Shown: positions 63,021 through 64,000 of the stretch, one piece after another
Layout of the letters: every line of letters begins with the position of its first letter
Position numbering within the stretch: position 1 is the stretch's first letter
From: a virus
DNA length: 64,000 nucleotides
Direction: 5' to 3' (one strand)
Virus record (IMG/VR): IMGVR_UViG_3300005077_000017
Position numbers and translations under genes: made by a program
Notes under the pieces: model-generated
Databases searched by the model: none
What the model was told of the DNA's origin: nothing
The model's input: only the letters and a program-made list of their open reading frames with translations

Positions 63021-64000
63021 ATGAAATTAAATCTAAACAAATGGAAAGAAAATGAGAAAAAAGTTCTTAATAAATTAAAAGAAATATTGGAAGAACTGCC
63101 AGAAACATATGATAGAATTAGTTTTTGGGCATCTAGTGATATTGAAATCACCTATTATGCAGATAATTGTGTCACAGCTAAATGTAATGTAGTTGAAACT
63201 CAGGAGATAATTGATAATATACAAAATTTTGTTGTAGTCAATATATCATTAACTCTTGGCAAATATGAAAATGCATTTTTTGATACATTTACAATTTCAT
63301 TTGATATAGCAAGTCATAATGGAGCATTATTAATAGAAAAACAAATAATTAGTAATTGTAAATTTGGACAGTGGAAAGACTTCCCTAATATTGATGAAGA
63401 AGTAAAAGAATACAAAAGGAAACTTATCAAATTACATAACTACTTGAAAACATACGAATAAGCATTCGACTACAAATAGGAGAACACCATACAATGCGAA
63501 TAACATACACTGAGTGGACTAAACAATTCATTTTACAACAAGAAAACTTACGAGAAGAAAAAAAGCTAGATGAATTATCAAAAACTAAAGATATAGGCTT
63601 TTCTTATATGTATGGAAACTATGGAACCAAAGATCCAACAATTATTATAAAACTTCTAAAGTATTGTGATTATACTGCGTTAAATATTTTAAAAGAAATA
63701 CCTGAATTTAAGAAAAAAGTAGAAAAATTTATTACTAAAAACTTTGATAAGATAAGAGCTACCAAATGGTATATGTTGGGTGCTCCTTAACATGATGAAT
63801 AAACATCCCTCCATAACAATCTTCAATACTCAATTAGAAATAGAACGTGATGAAATTATAGATATGGCTAAACAAACAGATGGAGATTTAATAAAAGCTT
63901 CTCTTATAGCATTCGGTAAGATGATGTGGAACTTGGGAAGAGTATTCAAGAAACTAAATTATAATATTAAAGATTTTTCAATTAAAAAGGTGCACCATAT
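63021..64000 (+). CDS. hypothetical genes 63021-63461, 63494-63790 and a partial ORF from 63792 running off the end
   Basis: Open frames with phage-like codon use. Confidence 0.6.

Noticed and set aside
2100-63151. Minus-strand and nested alternate-frame ORFs in the track
   Set aside because: Short, lie opposite or inside well-supported + strand genes, no SD or motifs; typical shadows of AT-rich coding DNA
1-64000. tRNA genes, CRISPR arrays, stop-codon reassignment, diversity-generating retroelement
   Set aside because: No T-loop/D-loop consensus or repeat-spacer pattern seen; TAA, TAG and TGA all end genes cleanly; no reverse transcriptase or template/variable repeat pair noticed

Overview
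AT-rich (roughly 30% GC by eye), very gene-dense segment of a large (probably jumbo) bacteriophage genome. Essentially all credible genes are on the + strand, many coupled by ATGA/TAATG overlaps, standard genetic code. No tRNA, rRNA, CRISPR array or virion structural gene was recognised. Recognisable functions: tandem-OB SSB-like protein; intein-containing SF2 helicase; an expanded phiEco32-type peptide/amide ligase system (amidoligase, two COOH-NH2 ligases, ATP-grasp, two class II glutamine amidotransferases, two GGCT-like proteins); a divergent sigma70-like factor; an RNA/tRNA repair set (two RNA ligases, PNK-type kinase, CCA enzyme, stand-alone HD protein, intein-containing pol-beta nucleotidyltransferase, TrmH, metallophosphoesterase, DHH); AdoMet decarboxylase; radical SAM enzyme; DenV-like glycosylase; two free-standing LAGLIDADG endonucleases. 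Most striking unexplained signals: (1) five unrelated proteins flanking the ligase clusters share a (near) C-terminal peptide KP(E/S)LSFY(R/K/S)R conserved at protein rather than DNA level; (2) a LAGLIDADG gene has split an RNA ligase gene near its 5' end, leaving the old N-terminus as a 24-codon relic and supplying a new one; (3) both endonuclease genes have hairpins that sequester their ribosome-binding sites; (4) a (TA)6 tract frameshifts a membrane-protein gene. All family calls are by motif recognition from memory, not database searches.
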